Source: Octopus vulgaris (Eukaryota). From it: DNA of 64,000 nt. A model generated the notes under the pieces. The model did not search any database. It saw only the letters and a list, made by a program, of their open reading frames with translations, and was not told the origin of the DNA. The stretch spans positions 93,062,001-93,126,000 of the forward strand of contig OX597816.1 of NCBI GenBank assembly GCA_951406725.2, in the 5' to 3' direction. Positions within the stretch are counted from its first letter, which is position 1; each line of letters opens with the position of its first letter. Positions 1-12,640 of this stretch are shown one piece after another. A program made the translations under genes and the position numbers.

Positions 1-34
1 ATGATGATGATATATAAATGTGTGTGTGTGTATA

Positions 35-899
35 AATACCATCAGAATCAACACACTTTTGTCAACACGTAACAAGTCTATTTATGCCAGTAGCGTAAAA
101 ATCCTGTTTTGGTGAAGATTAAGTCGTTGAAGGCGTGTTTGGCATCGTCTTGGTTTTTGAAGCATTTCTCATGCAGGAAGTTGTGAAGATACTTGAAAAA
201 GTGGTAGTCAGTAGGTGAGAAGTTTGGCAAGTGTGGCGGATGAGGCAGAGTTTCATAGCCCAATTCGTTCAACTTCTGCAGGGTCAGTTGTGCGACATGT
301 GGCTGAGTGTTGTCGTGGAGAAGAATTGGTCCTTTTCTATTGATCAATGCTGGCTGTTGTTGGAGTTTTTTATGCATTTCATCCATTTGCTGACAGTACT
401 TTCCCGCTGTAATGGTTTCGCCTGGATCCAAAAAGCTGTGATTGATGAGACCTGCCGCAGACCACCAAACAGTTACCATGACCTTCTTTGGTGCAATATT
501 GGCTTCGGGAAGTGCCATAGAGCTTTGTCGGCATCCAGCCACTGAGCTGAGCATCACCAGTTGTTGTAAAGAATCCATTTTTCATCACATGTTGCAATCC
601 AGTCAAGAAATGGGTGGTTCTTGTTGCGTAAAAGAATGGAAGATGACACTTCAAAACGGTGCTTCTTTTTTTGGTTGTTCAATTCATGCGGCATCCATTT
701 CTCAAGTATTTTTGTTTTTCCAATCTCTTTCAAGTGGTTGGAAATTGTTGTATATGTTACATCTAATTCAGAAGCAATCTCTCAAACAGTTGTGCATAGA
801 TTGGCCAAATGCATCATTGATATTGTGAGCTGTTTTAGCAGCTTTTTGGCCTAGCTTGAACTGGAATTATAAAATTGTGAGAATTTGCTTTTTGTCCAT
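35..899 (-). mobile_element. Decayed mariner transposase (Hsmar1/SETMAR-transposase-like)
   Basis: Minus-strand translation gives MDKKQILTIL*FQFKLGQKAAKTAHNINDAFG (HTH), WMPHEL, TCDEKWI, LLHDN, HLPNFSPTDYHFF (YSPDL-like motif) and DFYATGINRL; stops and frameshifts present. Confidence 0.95.
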
Positions 900-939
900 G
901 TTGTATTCAATGTTAAAAAAAAATGTCATTGTCCTGCTC

Positions 940-1150
940 CTGCTCCTCCTCTTCTTCTTCTCATGATTATTATCATCATCATTACTATTGTTATTTTCAT
1001 CGTCATCATCAACATTATTATTATCATCATCATCATCATTATTATTTTATTTTATATTTGACTTTTGCCTTACATTTGTACAAATTGGCTCCAAGTCTCA
1101 CCAAGAGACCACAAGAGACAACAATATTATTATTATTATTATTATTATTA

Positions 1151-1203
<53 letters not shown>
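940..1203. repeat. Compound (CAT)n/(TAT)n trinucleotide microsatellite
   Basis: Directly visible; explains poly-H/L/I/Y ORFs at 923-1276. Confidence 0.95.
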
Positions 1204-1205
<2 letters not shown>

Positions 1206-1510
1206 TATACACTCAACAGATTAGACTGTTGGAAAAGAAAAGAATCCTAACACTAGGCTACAACAAGTTGCTTTAGATGACAAGAACCCTCCTATTGGGC
1301 TACAGCAAGTAATCTTAGATGTCAAGAACCCTCCAAGTATCCTAGCTGTCCCTAATAACACTGTTTTCTGCAGTTGTACTAAACTGGGTTTTATGTCTAT
1401 TTCCACTATCCATCTGTTCAGATCTTCAATGCACCTATTACTACTAGGATACATTTTACCCACACTTTCCATAGGCTCTGTAATTCAATAGCTAGGTCCT
1501 GGAACTTTGC
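1204..1510 (-). mobile_element. 5'-truncated R4/Dong-like non-LTR retrotransposon 3' end (restriction-like endonuclease C-terminus)
   Basis: KFQDLAIELQSLWKV..VVIGAL and LQKTVLLGTARIL motifs; (TAA)n on both flanks, matching the known Dong preference for TAA repeats. Confidence 0.8.
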
Positions 1511-1731
1511 TATTATTATTATTATTACTAATATTGTTGTTCATGTTGTTGTTGTTGTTGTTGTTTTACAATTCCATTCTAGGATGCCTCATGGAATTAT
1601 TAAAAATTGCCCTAGTATTTGACAGATAGTTTCTTGTATCAGTCCTCCCCAGAAGGATAAAAAGACGAAAATATGAGGTGATAAAATAAAAATACCCTGG
1701 GCATTTTGTCAATCTCTTAAACAACCCTGTT

Positions 1732-1762
<31 letters not shown>

Positions 1763-3309
1763 CTCTCTCTCTCTCTCTCTCTGTTACTCTTTTATTCCTG
1801 GCAGGTATCTTATTTGACCAAAATACAGTATACATTGCCTTTCATCATGACATTTTCATTCAATCAGATTTTCTCTCTCATTCTCTCTCTCACTTTCCCA
1901 GCCTGTAATATTCCACTACATTATATTACATGTCCCTCTGGCAAATAACAACTCCTACTATAATAACTATTGTTTAGAGTGTTATTGGGGTTGGTGGGGA
2001 ACTGTAGTGGTAGCTATAATCCTGTTGAGTCTTTGATCACATTCCTGTACATTTTATTTTATTTTCCTTCTTTCCTTTCTTTCTCCTCTTCACTTTTTCT
2101 TTCACATCATTTCTTCTTTTATATTCTTTTTTTCCTCTTCATATTGTTCTACTAGAAGTTTTATTTTCATTGTTGAGCAACAGTAATTTTAATCTTCTTG
2201 TTGTTTAACTCCAAGTCAGTCTTGATCAAGCGCACCTTTGATCAAAGACATTCCAGTTATGACCAGATGGTCTTTTCACAAATCAAGGGTTAATACATTG
2301 TTCCATAAACATGCCTTTAATCTTGTATTTTTTAAAGATGATAGGATGTGATATGAGGATGATTTGGCTGTTATTTCTATCAGGCCATTCTCCTTATAAT
2401 AAATTTTATTTGCTCCCTTGATGCTGATATCATATTATGCAAATGTTTCCAGAATATATATATACGTTGACAGGAATATATAAATAATTATACATAAGCA
2501 AATTATGGCATATTCTATATAGAAACAAAGTCTCAAAGAATTGTTAGATGTCATCTTCTGTAATCAAGGAACAAAAACAACCATGAAAATAGAAGGAGAA
2601 ATGTTTTAGCACTGGCTTTAGTTTTCATGATTCCCTTTATTGTATACAACTGGCTGTATGATTTTGTTGTTGCTTAGTTAGTTTCAGAGCAGCATTGAGG
2701 GAGCAAATCTATGATCAAAAGCATTCCAGTTATGACAAGTACATATTTTTGTGGGTAGAGAAGTGTCTAAGGCTACATTATCTAATTTGCCTTCATATGA
2801 TCTTTTAAGCTGATTACAGGAAGATATAGCTGCTTTTTCTAGAAGGTCAAATAACCATGCAGAGATTACTTTGTTGTGTGTCCTACTATATAATCAATAG
2901 AAGGGAAACTCAAGATATAGTCCTTGTTGACCAGTAGAAACAAGATATAGAAATATAACAAAAAATTCGATATAACTATAACTGTTATTATTTACTTTAC
3001 AAAGCTTTTAGGTTTTAAGCAGAAAGCATAACAAGGAAACTTAAAATCTATAGAAACTCTAACCCACCTCCAGCTGTAATTAGAAATTTAGTCATAAGAA
3101 TCAGCAGATGACTCTTTAATCTATCAGGAAAGAGAGACAGAGAGAGATATTCAGCAGAGTCACATCTCATTATAATAAGGTATTATTAAGAAGTGACTTT
3201 ACTGGTAAGTTAATGTATATAGAACATCCTCCAGCTTATCTTAAACCCAAAATGAGTTTCAGAGAGAAAAGTAATCTGGTTCAATCTACCATGCACTCTG
3301 GTTTATCCT

Positions 3310-3755
3310 TGTCATCATTTAACAGCCATTGTCCATTGCTGGCATGGGTTGGACAGTTTGGGCAGAGCTTGTAAGCTGGTGAGCTTCCACAAACTCCAAT
3401 CTGATTTAGCATGGTTTCTACAGTGGATGCCCTTCTCAATGCCAACCACTTTACAGAGTGTGCTGAGTACTTTTACATGGAATTGCATAGGCATTTTTAC
3501 ATGGCGCCACACAGGCAATTTTATGTGACACCACACAGGCACTTTTACATGATGCCATATGGGTGATTTTATGTGACACTGCATGGCTGCTTTTGCATAA
3601 CACCATACAGGTGAGTGTTTACATAGCCCAGGACTTTTTCAAAACTCTTGAAGGTTAATCCTCACCACCAGGGGCACTGGTCTTAACACTTCTACTGTGG
3701 AGCACTTGTCTTCATGAGTACAGCAAGGCACCAGGCATCTTGGTTCTTTGTCATG
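3310..3755 (-). mobile_element. RTE-family LINE 3' end / 3'UTR fragment
   Basis: Shares the ccaacccatgccagca...gttaaatgatga tail and ORF end (MTKNQDAWCLAVLMKT) with the copy at 44681-45767; internal ~21-bp tandem units. Confidence 0.75.
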
Positions 3756-5264
3756 GATGTGTTCACTTATATAGTAACAGTCTATACTAATACAATATAA
3801 TGGCATCACTAGATGCTACACAGACATAACAGCCAACATTTACATACATACACTCTTTCAGGTGTAAGGAGAGGTAAAATCCAGCACCCTATCCACTTCA
3901 TCTGGAAATTCTGAGATCAAGGAAATAACCTCTCCAACATTACATGGAGCATCCTAAATACAGCCCACTTCCTGCATCACTCCCTTGCAGATGGGGAACT
4001 ATACAATGAATTACAGTGCATCCCATGGTGAAGAAGCATCTCTTCAGGTTCTGCAACACAGTTTCTCATTACATAAGTAATGTTTTGCTCTTAATCTAGA
4101 GCATGTTGATAGCAGTCATATCTAACATACATTGAGAAGGAATGGCAAAGAACTGATCAAGTTGCTAAACTGTGGATACAAACAGGAAGTAATTAAGAAA
4201 AAATACAATGCAAAGAATAAGGAAAAATAAAGCATACAATAAATTTTAAAATAATAAAGCACATTATTAAGTGTGTTAGAATCTGTCCCACTCTTCTGTA
4301 GACTAGCTGCTGGTAATAAATCCTTTGAAAGTTAACCATCCTGGCCAAGCATGACGCCATGGGCTAGACATCATTCTTGATGGTGGTAAGGTCATAACAC
4401 TTAATGACTATTTAGTACACATCCATGTCCCAACATAAGCCTATATACACATGTATGTACACATACACACACCTATTTATATACACATGTGCTCCATTTT
4501 ACATACATACACAGACTTATCAATACATATATATACATCAATAGGCATATAGATGCATATATGTCCTCATATAGATATGTACAGTCATATACATGCACAC
4601 ACATATACAGGCACACATACATATATGCACATACGTGAGGGCATATACACACATATGTCTGCTCATGCATCAATTGCTGTGTGAGTTCACACAAATACTA
4701 GCACTACCACAAACACTTGCATACATATCTGTACATATTACATACATATTTGTACATACACACATATACCCATAGTCGTCTGCTCCCACTGGATGTGACT
4801 GTATACTTTCAGCCTTGTGTGTATGTATATACATACATGTGTTTGTGTTATGAGATGTTTCTGCACCGTAAGATGTACCATAACTCATTGTATAGTTTCC
4901 CACCCATGAGGGAGTGATGCAGGAAGTGTCGAAATGATTGTTGGGATAAATAAAGTTTCCAGTATACTCTATCTTCCATCTTCATTGTTTCTACTATACT
5001 CAACATGCTCTGAGGAATTCCTAACGTAGATCCAGTGACAATTGTGCAATTACTGTGGGTGACACCAGGTGGCTATAGGTAGTAAATGTGCTTTAATGGC
5101 ATACTACTAGAGACATACACAACATGTACATTTTAAACATTAAATTTAAATTTAAACTTTAATTTTAACCTATATACACACACACACATACACACACACA
5201 CACATATACATATATGTAGAAGGTTGAAAAGGAACACACAAGTTGATATGTATAAGGAAAATAA

Positions 5265-5701
5265 GACAAGGTAGAAGAAATGCTAAAATAATTTTATCAT
5301 GAAGAACATTTTAGTATTGGTCTTTGTGACTTTTTCAACTTTGAGTAAAGCATGAAAAATAATTAATTTGTAGAAAAATTAAATGAAATGTTTTTTTTTA
5401 ATATTTCTATAGTTTTCAAATACAAGGGACATTTTCCTTTTTTTTGTCTGTCTCTCATAAGGAGAACTGCTACTACCTACTACCAAGCCTTCACAAGAGT
5501 AAAAGAGAGACAAACAGACAGAAAGAAGGAAATGTCCCTTGTATTTGAAAACTATGGAAATATTTTCTAAAACATTTCATTTAATTTTTCCACAATTTAA
5601 TTGTTTTTCATGCTTTACTCTAAGTTGAAAAAGTCGCAAAGACTGAAACCAGTACTAAAATGTTCTTCATGATAAAGTCATTTTAGCATTTTCTACCTTG
5701 T

Positions 5702-5702
<1 letters not shown>
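5265..5702. repeat. Long imperfect foldback (arms ~5265-5457 and ~5504-5702) between (CA)/(TA) tracts; Penelope-like terminal-repeat derivative
   Basis: Arms are reverse complements, e.g. gttttcaaatacaagggacatt / aatgtcccttgtatttgaaaac and ttatcatgaagaacattttagta / tactaaaatgttcttcatgataa. Confidence 0.9.
5621..5658 (+). ncRNA. Putative variant type-I hammerhead ribozyme (U3/A8 core)
   Basis: ag-TTGAAAA-AGTC gcaaa GACT-GAAA-C ca G-TA-ct: perfect stem II, GAAA, GUA triplet; stem I weak. Confidence 0.45.
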
Positions 5703-5741
<39 letters not shown>

Positions 5742-5752
<11 letters not shown>

Positions 5753-6578
5753 CATAAACATACACAAAATTGGTGTGTGTTTGTTTGTGGCATTGTTAGC
5801 TAACTCCTCCTACATCGTTTTTTTGATTTTGATGAAACTTGACATGTGAGTAGAACTCATGTCTGGAAACCGTGTGACATACTTAGAATATTGAAAAAAA
5901 TCGATAATAAGGCCCTTCCAATGGATCCTTCTATCTACTACATATTACTAATATTTTATTTAAACAACCCAAGGGTAATAACCCATACCACCTGCAGATT
6001 TAGCGAAGCAATCAATATTTGATTCTCACAATCAGCCACCTAATTCTGCATTTCACTACTCACAGTTTTGAACTGCTAAACATTATTATTGCACTTCCTT
6101 AATTTGAATCTTAAACCTCAGACTTCATTCATACATTTCTATACATACATACTTTTTTGAATGCCCATTACTCTGATAATTCTGCATTTTCACAGTTACA
6201 CATTTTTCATGACAGTAGATAAATTTTTTTATTCCACAATGTATTTGTAGTGGCTTCATGCAGGCATAGCATGGATTCAATCCTCAATTGCCAAATTTCA
6301 CTTAACACTTCAACAGTGCTTTTCTAATGATAAAACAATAGTTTTTTTGCGAATGATAGCAGTTATACATTTCCCAGATACCCTTACTAACCTACAACAA
6401 CCTCTCTTACCAACCTCTGATAATCTTTCTCACCAACCACCGAAAACCTCTCTTGCCAACCGTGATGGAAAATACACCTTTTGTGGCAGTTATAACGAAA
6501 TTGATTTCTTATATCAGAGTAATAAAATGTTTCAATAGAACATCTTTACCCCTGGGAATTATCAGGTACACCAGCTAG
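5742..6578 (+). mobile_element. Possible non-autonomous Helitron-like element
   Basis: 3' end has hairpin cctg-ggaattat-cagg 8 nt upstream of CTAG followed by T; 5' part has gtgtgtttgtttg...ttgatgaaactt typical of such elements (recognition from memory). Confidence 0.45.
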
Positions 6579-6628
6579 TATATACATAAATACATATATA
6601 CACACACACACATGTATGTAAACATAAA

Positions 6629-6670
<42 letters not shown>

Positions 6671-6767
6671 ATCCAAACATGAAAACACAAAGAGAAAACA
6701 CAACAACGCGAAGACATGGAACAAACATAGTATTATTGGATGCTCGGGAAAGAAGGAAAGGAGGTGG

Positions 6768-6802
6768 GTTTAACGTTTCGAGTGGAGCTCTTCGTCAGAA
6801 AC
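6768..6802 (-). ncRNA. Minimal type-I hammerhead ribozyme (Penelope-type)
   Basis: Minus strand: GTTT-CTGACGA-A-GAG ctcca CTC-GAAA-CG-TT-AAAC; stems I and II pair, stem III is palindromic AACGTT; lies in a ~230-bp insert between (TA)n runs (6665-6890). Confidence 0.8.
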
Positions 6803-8054
6803 ATAGGAAAAGGAAAGATCCAAAGAAGGGAAGACAGAGAAAAAAAAATCGCCAACGGTACACACACGGTTACATTTTGAATAAATATATCCATATGTAT
6901 ATATATATTAATATTTAGCTTAGGCTTAATGAGACTAATGATCTGGTCCAGAACACAATGTTAGATGAGTCTAGAGTGATAATAGGAACAGAGAGATGAC
7001 ACAAGAAAAAAAAAAACCAAATGTTATGTAATGAACATCATTAACTTACGACTGTTTCTTCTATAAGACATGGTAGACTATTACTTGAGGCTCTGGAATA
7101 CGAAGAGCCTTGAATATGAAGTGCATTATATTTGGGAAAATTACATTTTCATATCATATAGGCATTATGAGTGAGAAATAGAAAAGAAAAGAAAACTTAT
7201 GCAGACTGTTTGCATAAGCTTTCTTTTACTTCATTCTGGTATATGTGCATGCTGCACTATGATGTTTTCATTGCAGCTATTAAAACACTCATACATTGTT
7301 ACAATCACTTTTATGTATTCTAATACTGAAACTGTATGTATGTATGTATGTGCATATAGATATATCTTCAGATGGAGCTAGGGAGGAGAGAGACAGGGAA
7401 AGGAAGATAGGAAGCAAGAGGAAGAAATATGCCATCTCTTAGATGAATTGACTGATCAAAATATAATGCAGATAATAAAACACAATAATCAATATAAATA
7501 TAATTAAAATTATTATTAAAAATGAAATTACTTCTCATAATCTATCAGCTGGGACATGTTATGAATATTTTAACTTTGATTGGGTATCAATGATTTTGCA
7601 ATTATTTCACATCCCTTCATATATATGAATGCTAGTGGGATGGCCTGGCAATGTATTGTTGAAACATGTTCTCTTTGTATTGATTTCCCACCATTCAAAT
7701 GCAGCACAGAAATGTTACCTTTTAAGAGAGTACCTAAACAGAAAATAGGTTTGTCATGAGCTCACAAGCTTATCCCATTTTCTATTGTGTATAAGCAACC
7801 AAGTGAGTACCCTACCCTTGCCCTATAACTGAATGGGATGTTCTTGGATTAAACCACTGCTGTTGTACTCGTTTCTAGTGATGTAGACAGAAGCAAAGAG
7901 AAGTAGAGTACCTTGCCCAAGGCTACAACACATCTAGACCATGAATCAAGAGCCCAGATGCCTAATCACTAGTCCACATACTTTTTCTAAGGAGAAGGAA
8001 CACAACATTAAATATGTTTCAAAGCAATTTTTTATATATTATATTTTGACATTG

Positions 8055-8243
8055 TAAGGTGGTAAGCTGACAGAACCATTAGCATGCCAGGCAAAATTCT
8101 GAATTCAAATTCCATTGAGATCGACTTTGCTTTTCATCCTTTTGGGGTTGATAAAAAAAAAGTACCAGTTGAACACTGGGGTCATTGTAATCAACTTACC
8201 CTTTACCCCAAAATTACTGATCTTGTGCCAAAATTTGAAACCA
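8055..8243 (+). mobile_element. tRNA-derived SINE family B (Meta-domain-like core)
   Basis: gactttgcttttcatcctttggggttgataaa core; TSD atattttgaca(t/c)tg at 8041-8054 and 8244-8257. Confidence 0.8.
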
Positions 8244-8939
8244 ATATTTTGACACTGGGTTAAAGGAAAAGCTCCAGTTTATTTTTGAGCATTACAAGCA
8301 TGATGGAGTCACTGTGCCTGATGCTCAATTTGAGTATCTTCAGGCAGATATTTAGGACAGGAATACAGGTATAGGGAAGAGAGTATTCCTTAAGTTTACA
8401 GTATCGATGTGTATCAATTAAGTGAAGTATTTAACAGATAGTTTTAGAGTTACATAACGTGAATAACAAGATGACAATTGAATAGTACTGAAGTGAGATG
8501 ATACAGATCTTACTAGTTTATTAAAATAGAATTGTTGTAGTCATGGTATTAAGAGCTTCAGTAGCTTAAATATTGGAAAAAAACTGCAATTGCTTGCAAC
8601 AATGAAAGATATCTACAGTAAAATATGGGTGAATATACTGCATGTTGTGAAGAAAAAAACTAATGTTTAATCAAATGGAATTGCATATGCACCATGAAAC
8701 AAAAACATAATTCTAAATTTGATTCTTGCCAAGAGATGCAAGGGAAAGAATTTTTGATCAATTTTAATTTTGGAGATACTAATCAACCAACACCTATAAT
8801 AGAGAACATCAAATAACAACATCCTTGCAATGTAAGTGAACCCCAAGCCTCATAGTTTCAAAGCAAATTTATTAACCACACAGCTATGCCAGCTTTCATG
8901 TATGTATATATATATATATTTATATATATATAAGTCAAT

Positions 8940-9228
8940 GGCAGCCGTGAAAGTGCATGGCTTGGTGGTTAAGGTGTTGCACTCATAAATGCGAGGTCAC
9001 AGATTCAATTCCCAGATTGGGCGTTGCGTTGTGTTCTTTTCATGTTTCTCTGTGATCATTTCGACATCTGACATGCGGCACCCATTGCACCTGTATAGGT
9101 AATGTAGATCTGATTGAGGGAGTGACCTTATTTCTACACAAACATTTGATTACTATAAACAAATCATCTGTGTAGTAGTTCTGAAAGAAATTGTTGAACC
9201 CTTATACATCGTCTAATGACAGGAAAGC
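8940..9228 (+). mobile_element. tRNA-headed SINE (third family)
   Basis: A-box-like tggcttggtgg and B-box-like gattcaattccc followed by a non-tRNA body. Confidence 0.5.
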
Positions 9229-9229
9229 C

Positions 9230-9562
9230 CATCATCATCATCATCATCGTTTAACGTCCGTTCTCCATGCTAGCATGGGTTGGACGGTTCGACCGGGGAT
9301 CTGGGAAGCCAGAAGGCTGCACCAGGATCCGGTCTTATCTGGCAATGTTTCTACAGCTGGATGCCCTTCCTAACGCCAACCACTCCGTGAGTGTAGTGGG
9401 TGCTTTTTACGTGCCCCCTGCACTGGTGCCAGGCGAGGCTGGCATCGGCCACGGTCGGATTGGTGCATTTTACGTGCCACCGGCACGGAAGCCAGTCGAG
9501 GCGGCACTGACTTCGGCCACGATTCGGATGGTGCTTTTTACGTGCCACCGACACGGAAGCCT
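9230..9562 (-). mobile_element. RTE 3'UTR-tail element
   Basis: (cat)n-cgtttaacgtccg...ccatgctagcatgggttggacgg tail; three ttttacgtgcc units. Confidence 0.85.
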
Positions 9563-9574
9563 ATATATATAGGT

Positions 9575-9774
9575 CAATGGCACCAGTACTGGTGGCACAT
9601 AACAAATGCCCACACTCTTGAAGTGGTTGGTATTAGGAAGGGTATTCAGCCATAGAAACCTTGCCAGATCAGATTGGAATCTGGTGCAGCTCCCAGCTTA
9701 CCAGTTTTCAGTCAAACTGACCAAGCCATGCCGTTATGGAAAGCATACGATAAATGATGATGATGATGATGATG

Positions 9775-9777
<3 letters not shown>
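9575..9777 (+). mobile_element. RTE 3'UTR-tail element, opposite orientation to neighbour
   Basis: ggtggcacat...gtggttggtattaggaaggg...(gat)n tail. Confidence 0.75.
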
Positions 9778-9816
<39 letters not shown>

Positions 9817-10517
9817 ATGTGCATCAGTCTCACTTCTGTCAGCTTCCAATTCCCTTCAAAGGTTTGCCAGGAACCAGAGTGCCACCAGCTTCTTGTCTAG
9901 TGATGCAGTCCAAGAAATTATTCTTTCTAATGCATCTGGTGTCACTGACACCACATGACCTGCCCTGACCAACATTAGTCCATTTCCCAGTAACCATCTT
10001 TGACTTCTTGTATTTCTCTATTCAGTAATCTGATCCTGAACAAACTAGGTTTCTGTAAGAAGCCTGTGAAACTTAAAGTTGCAGGGAGCTGAATCCAACT
10101 GTTTTAAATAACGTCCTCTCAACATCCTTTCAACGATTAACTGGAGAGGATTTTTAAAATGAGAATATCTGAAATAAAATCGCCTGCCCTCACAAACAAG
10201 AATACTAAAAATGAACCCAATCACTCTCAAACAGGAAAACAATCCAAATATATATATATATATATGTATTGAGCGAGAGGTGAAAGGAGAGGAGATGAAA
10301 TACTAATACAGTGAAGGAGAAGTAGTGAGAGTAATAGTCATGACTGAGAGGGAGTGAGAAAAATTAATGACAATGAGAAAGACAAAACCGAGTGGCAAAG
10401 AGAGGGTCGTATGAATGAGAAAGGAAGAGGTGATAGATGAATAATGAAGGAAAGAGTGAAAAAGCTGATAAACAGTGTTTGAAGTGTGAGTATGTGTGTG
10501 TGAAAGAGAGGTATATT

Positions 10518-10568
<51 letters not shown>

Positions 10569-10659
10569 AATGGAAATGTGGTGGTAATGTTCATTGCTGA
10601 AAATGTGTGAGTATATGTGTGTATGTGTGGCATGTACAAGAGAAGTATGTGAAACTTTA

Positions 10660-10875
10660 TATATACTTGTATATTAAAAAAAAACCGAAAAATAATCCAG
10701 AATCCTTGTTCGGTACCAGATCGATCCCAAAATCTAATCAATTCATGCCAGTTACAAGGCCAAACATCCCTGAAAGTTTCATCTGAATCCATCCAGCAGT
10801 TCTTGAGATATCTTGTCCATAGACAAAGAAACAAACACGACTGAAAACAATACCTCTGCTTTTCCTAAGGTAGAG
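10660..10875 (-). mobile_element. Non-autonomous DNA element fragment (Helentron/HINE-like, tentative)
   Basis: tacctta..agcagaggtattgttttc...caagatatctcaagaactgctggatggatt..gatgaaacttt pattern recognised from memory of such families. Confidence 0.35.
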
Positions 10876-10959
10876 ATGATGATGATGAGGAGGAGGATAA
10901 AAATATATACATGGACATGCAGCTCCTAATGCTACAAACATTTTTAGCAGAAAAGTGTC

Positions 10960-11210
10960 TAGGATTAAAGTAAAGTCCCATTTACAAAGTACACTTTCAT
11001 GATGGTTTGTTCAATTCTCAGTGCTACAAATGCTTTACACCCATCGTAGATCACTTTCCAAGCTGATCCATCTTCCATCAACTGCTTCCAATCTCTAACT
11101 TTTGCACTAAGAGCCTCAAGGTTGCTTTTGACAGCATCCTTTGAACATTTCTTCAGTTTATGCCTTGGAGCTTTACCATGTTGCAACTCCCTGTAAAACA
11201 AGCACTGGTC
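10960..11210 (-). mobile_element. RTE (BovB-like) LINE 3' ORF fragment
   Basis: FYRELQHGKAPRHKLKKCSKDAVKSNL resembles the RTE C-terminal YGEL..G.R..G.PK.R.KD.LK motif. Confidence 0.7.
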
Positions 11211-11700
11211 AAGAAACTGTTACTAACAATAATGATTTTATCTTTCATAATTGGTATAATTTTAGCTGATTGAAGATTCTATGAAGCTTGCTATAGTTAT
11301 ATGTTAGTGTGCACTTGACTGTAAGTTCTTCAAGCAGAAGACAACTCAGGAACATCTCCCAATGAAAGAAACAGGTTAGTTAGTTTCTGTAAGTTAGCAT
11401 GCAAGGAGGGATTATCTCTTGTATGTCTGCACCTGACTGGAAACTAGTTTAATTAATCCAAAATACAGTCCAATGTTAATGTAAAGCCATCGCTGTTTTA
11501 GATGCAAGTAATTCAATATAGCATGCATACTTCAGTCTAATGAACTTTTGTGCAACTATGTTAATTCACTAAAAGGATAACATAGCTATCACTGAAGCAG
11601 CCAAAGAAGTATAATTTGAAAGTAATGAAAAATATGATTTATAACATTCAAAGGGAAAATTTAATTTGTTCAATATCTCTTAATGTTTTCCTACTTGCAG

Positions 11701-11750
11701 ATCAGCTGAGTTTTATTGCAGATTATGGTAGTTGCTCAAAGGGATTAAGA
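11701..11750 (+). other. Candidate 50-nt internal exon
   Basis: Acceptor tctcttaatgttttcctacttgcag, donor AGA|gtgagt, one open frame (x)QLSFIADYGSCSKGLR; no homology recognised. Confidence 0.25.
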
Positions 11751-12216
11751 GTGAGTATTATCATACATAAAGTTTTTTAAAAAAACTTCAAATAGAGATC
11801 ATTAATTTCTTAAAAGTAACATGCTGAAAATCATTATTTTTGGAAAATGAAACTGATAATTGCAAAATAGAGCTGTGGCAAAAGTTAGTCCGGTGATGTC
11901 CAGCTTATCCATTTCTTAAGGATTGCATATCTGGGTGTACATTGTCCAATTTTTTAATTTTTCATTTATCCAGTTTATATTGCTTTCAAGTGTTGGGTCT
12001 AGAGAAAAGGATTAAGCTGATAACTTTGCAAGCCCATTGAAACATTTTGAGATTGATACATTTAATGCCTGCATCTTTTGCAGATAGTGTGATTTGAGGA
12101 AGATTTGGTTGTTATTTCTAGCTGGTTGAGTAACTGCAGAGTGGGTTTAATGATATATATATATATATATATGAACACGCACACACACACACACATACAT
12201 ACACATGCGTGTACAC

Positions 12217-12484
12217 ATTCTTTTATTCTTTTATTTGTTTCAGTCATTTGACTGTGGCTATACTGGAGCATCACTTTTAGTCAAACAAATCAACCCCAGG
12301 ACTTATTCTTTATATGCCTAGTACTTATTCTTTTGGTCTCTTTTTCCGAACCACTAAGTTACAGGGACGTAAACACACTAACACCGGTTGTCAAGCGATG
12401 GTGGGGGGACAAACACAGACATACAAACATATACATATACATATATATATAAATACATATATACATATATATACATATATATAC

Positions 12485-12533
<49 letters not shown>

Positions 12534-12640
12534 TATATACACACACACACACACACATATATATATATGTATATATATGGTGTGCTTCTTTCAGTTACTA
12601 TCAACCAAATCTGGTACTTTAAACTCTTCGGTTGCATATT
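12217..12640 (-). mobile_element. tRNA-derived SINE family A, 3' part with expanded (TA/CA)n
   Basis: tgtttcagtcatttgactgtggc...ccccaggacttattctt matches the copy at 31812-32181. Confidence 0.8.

Noticed and set aside
78-578. SETMAR gene
   Set aside because: Only the mariner transposase part, with stops and frameshifts; no SET domain
7045-7378. Split hammerhead (GAAACAGTC near 7050, CTGAAGA near 7365, minus strand)
   Set aside because: Halves ~300 bp apart and stem I does not pair convincingly
8270-8345. Hammerhead-like CTGAAGA plus ttgagcat/atgctcaa hairpin (minus strand)
   Set aside because: GAAA and UH missing; too degenerate to call
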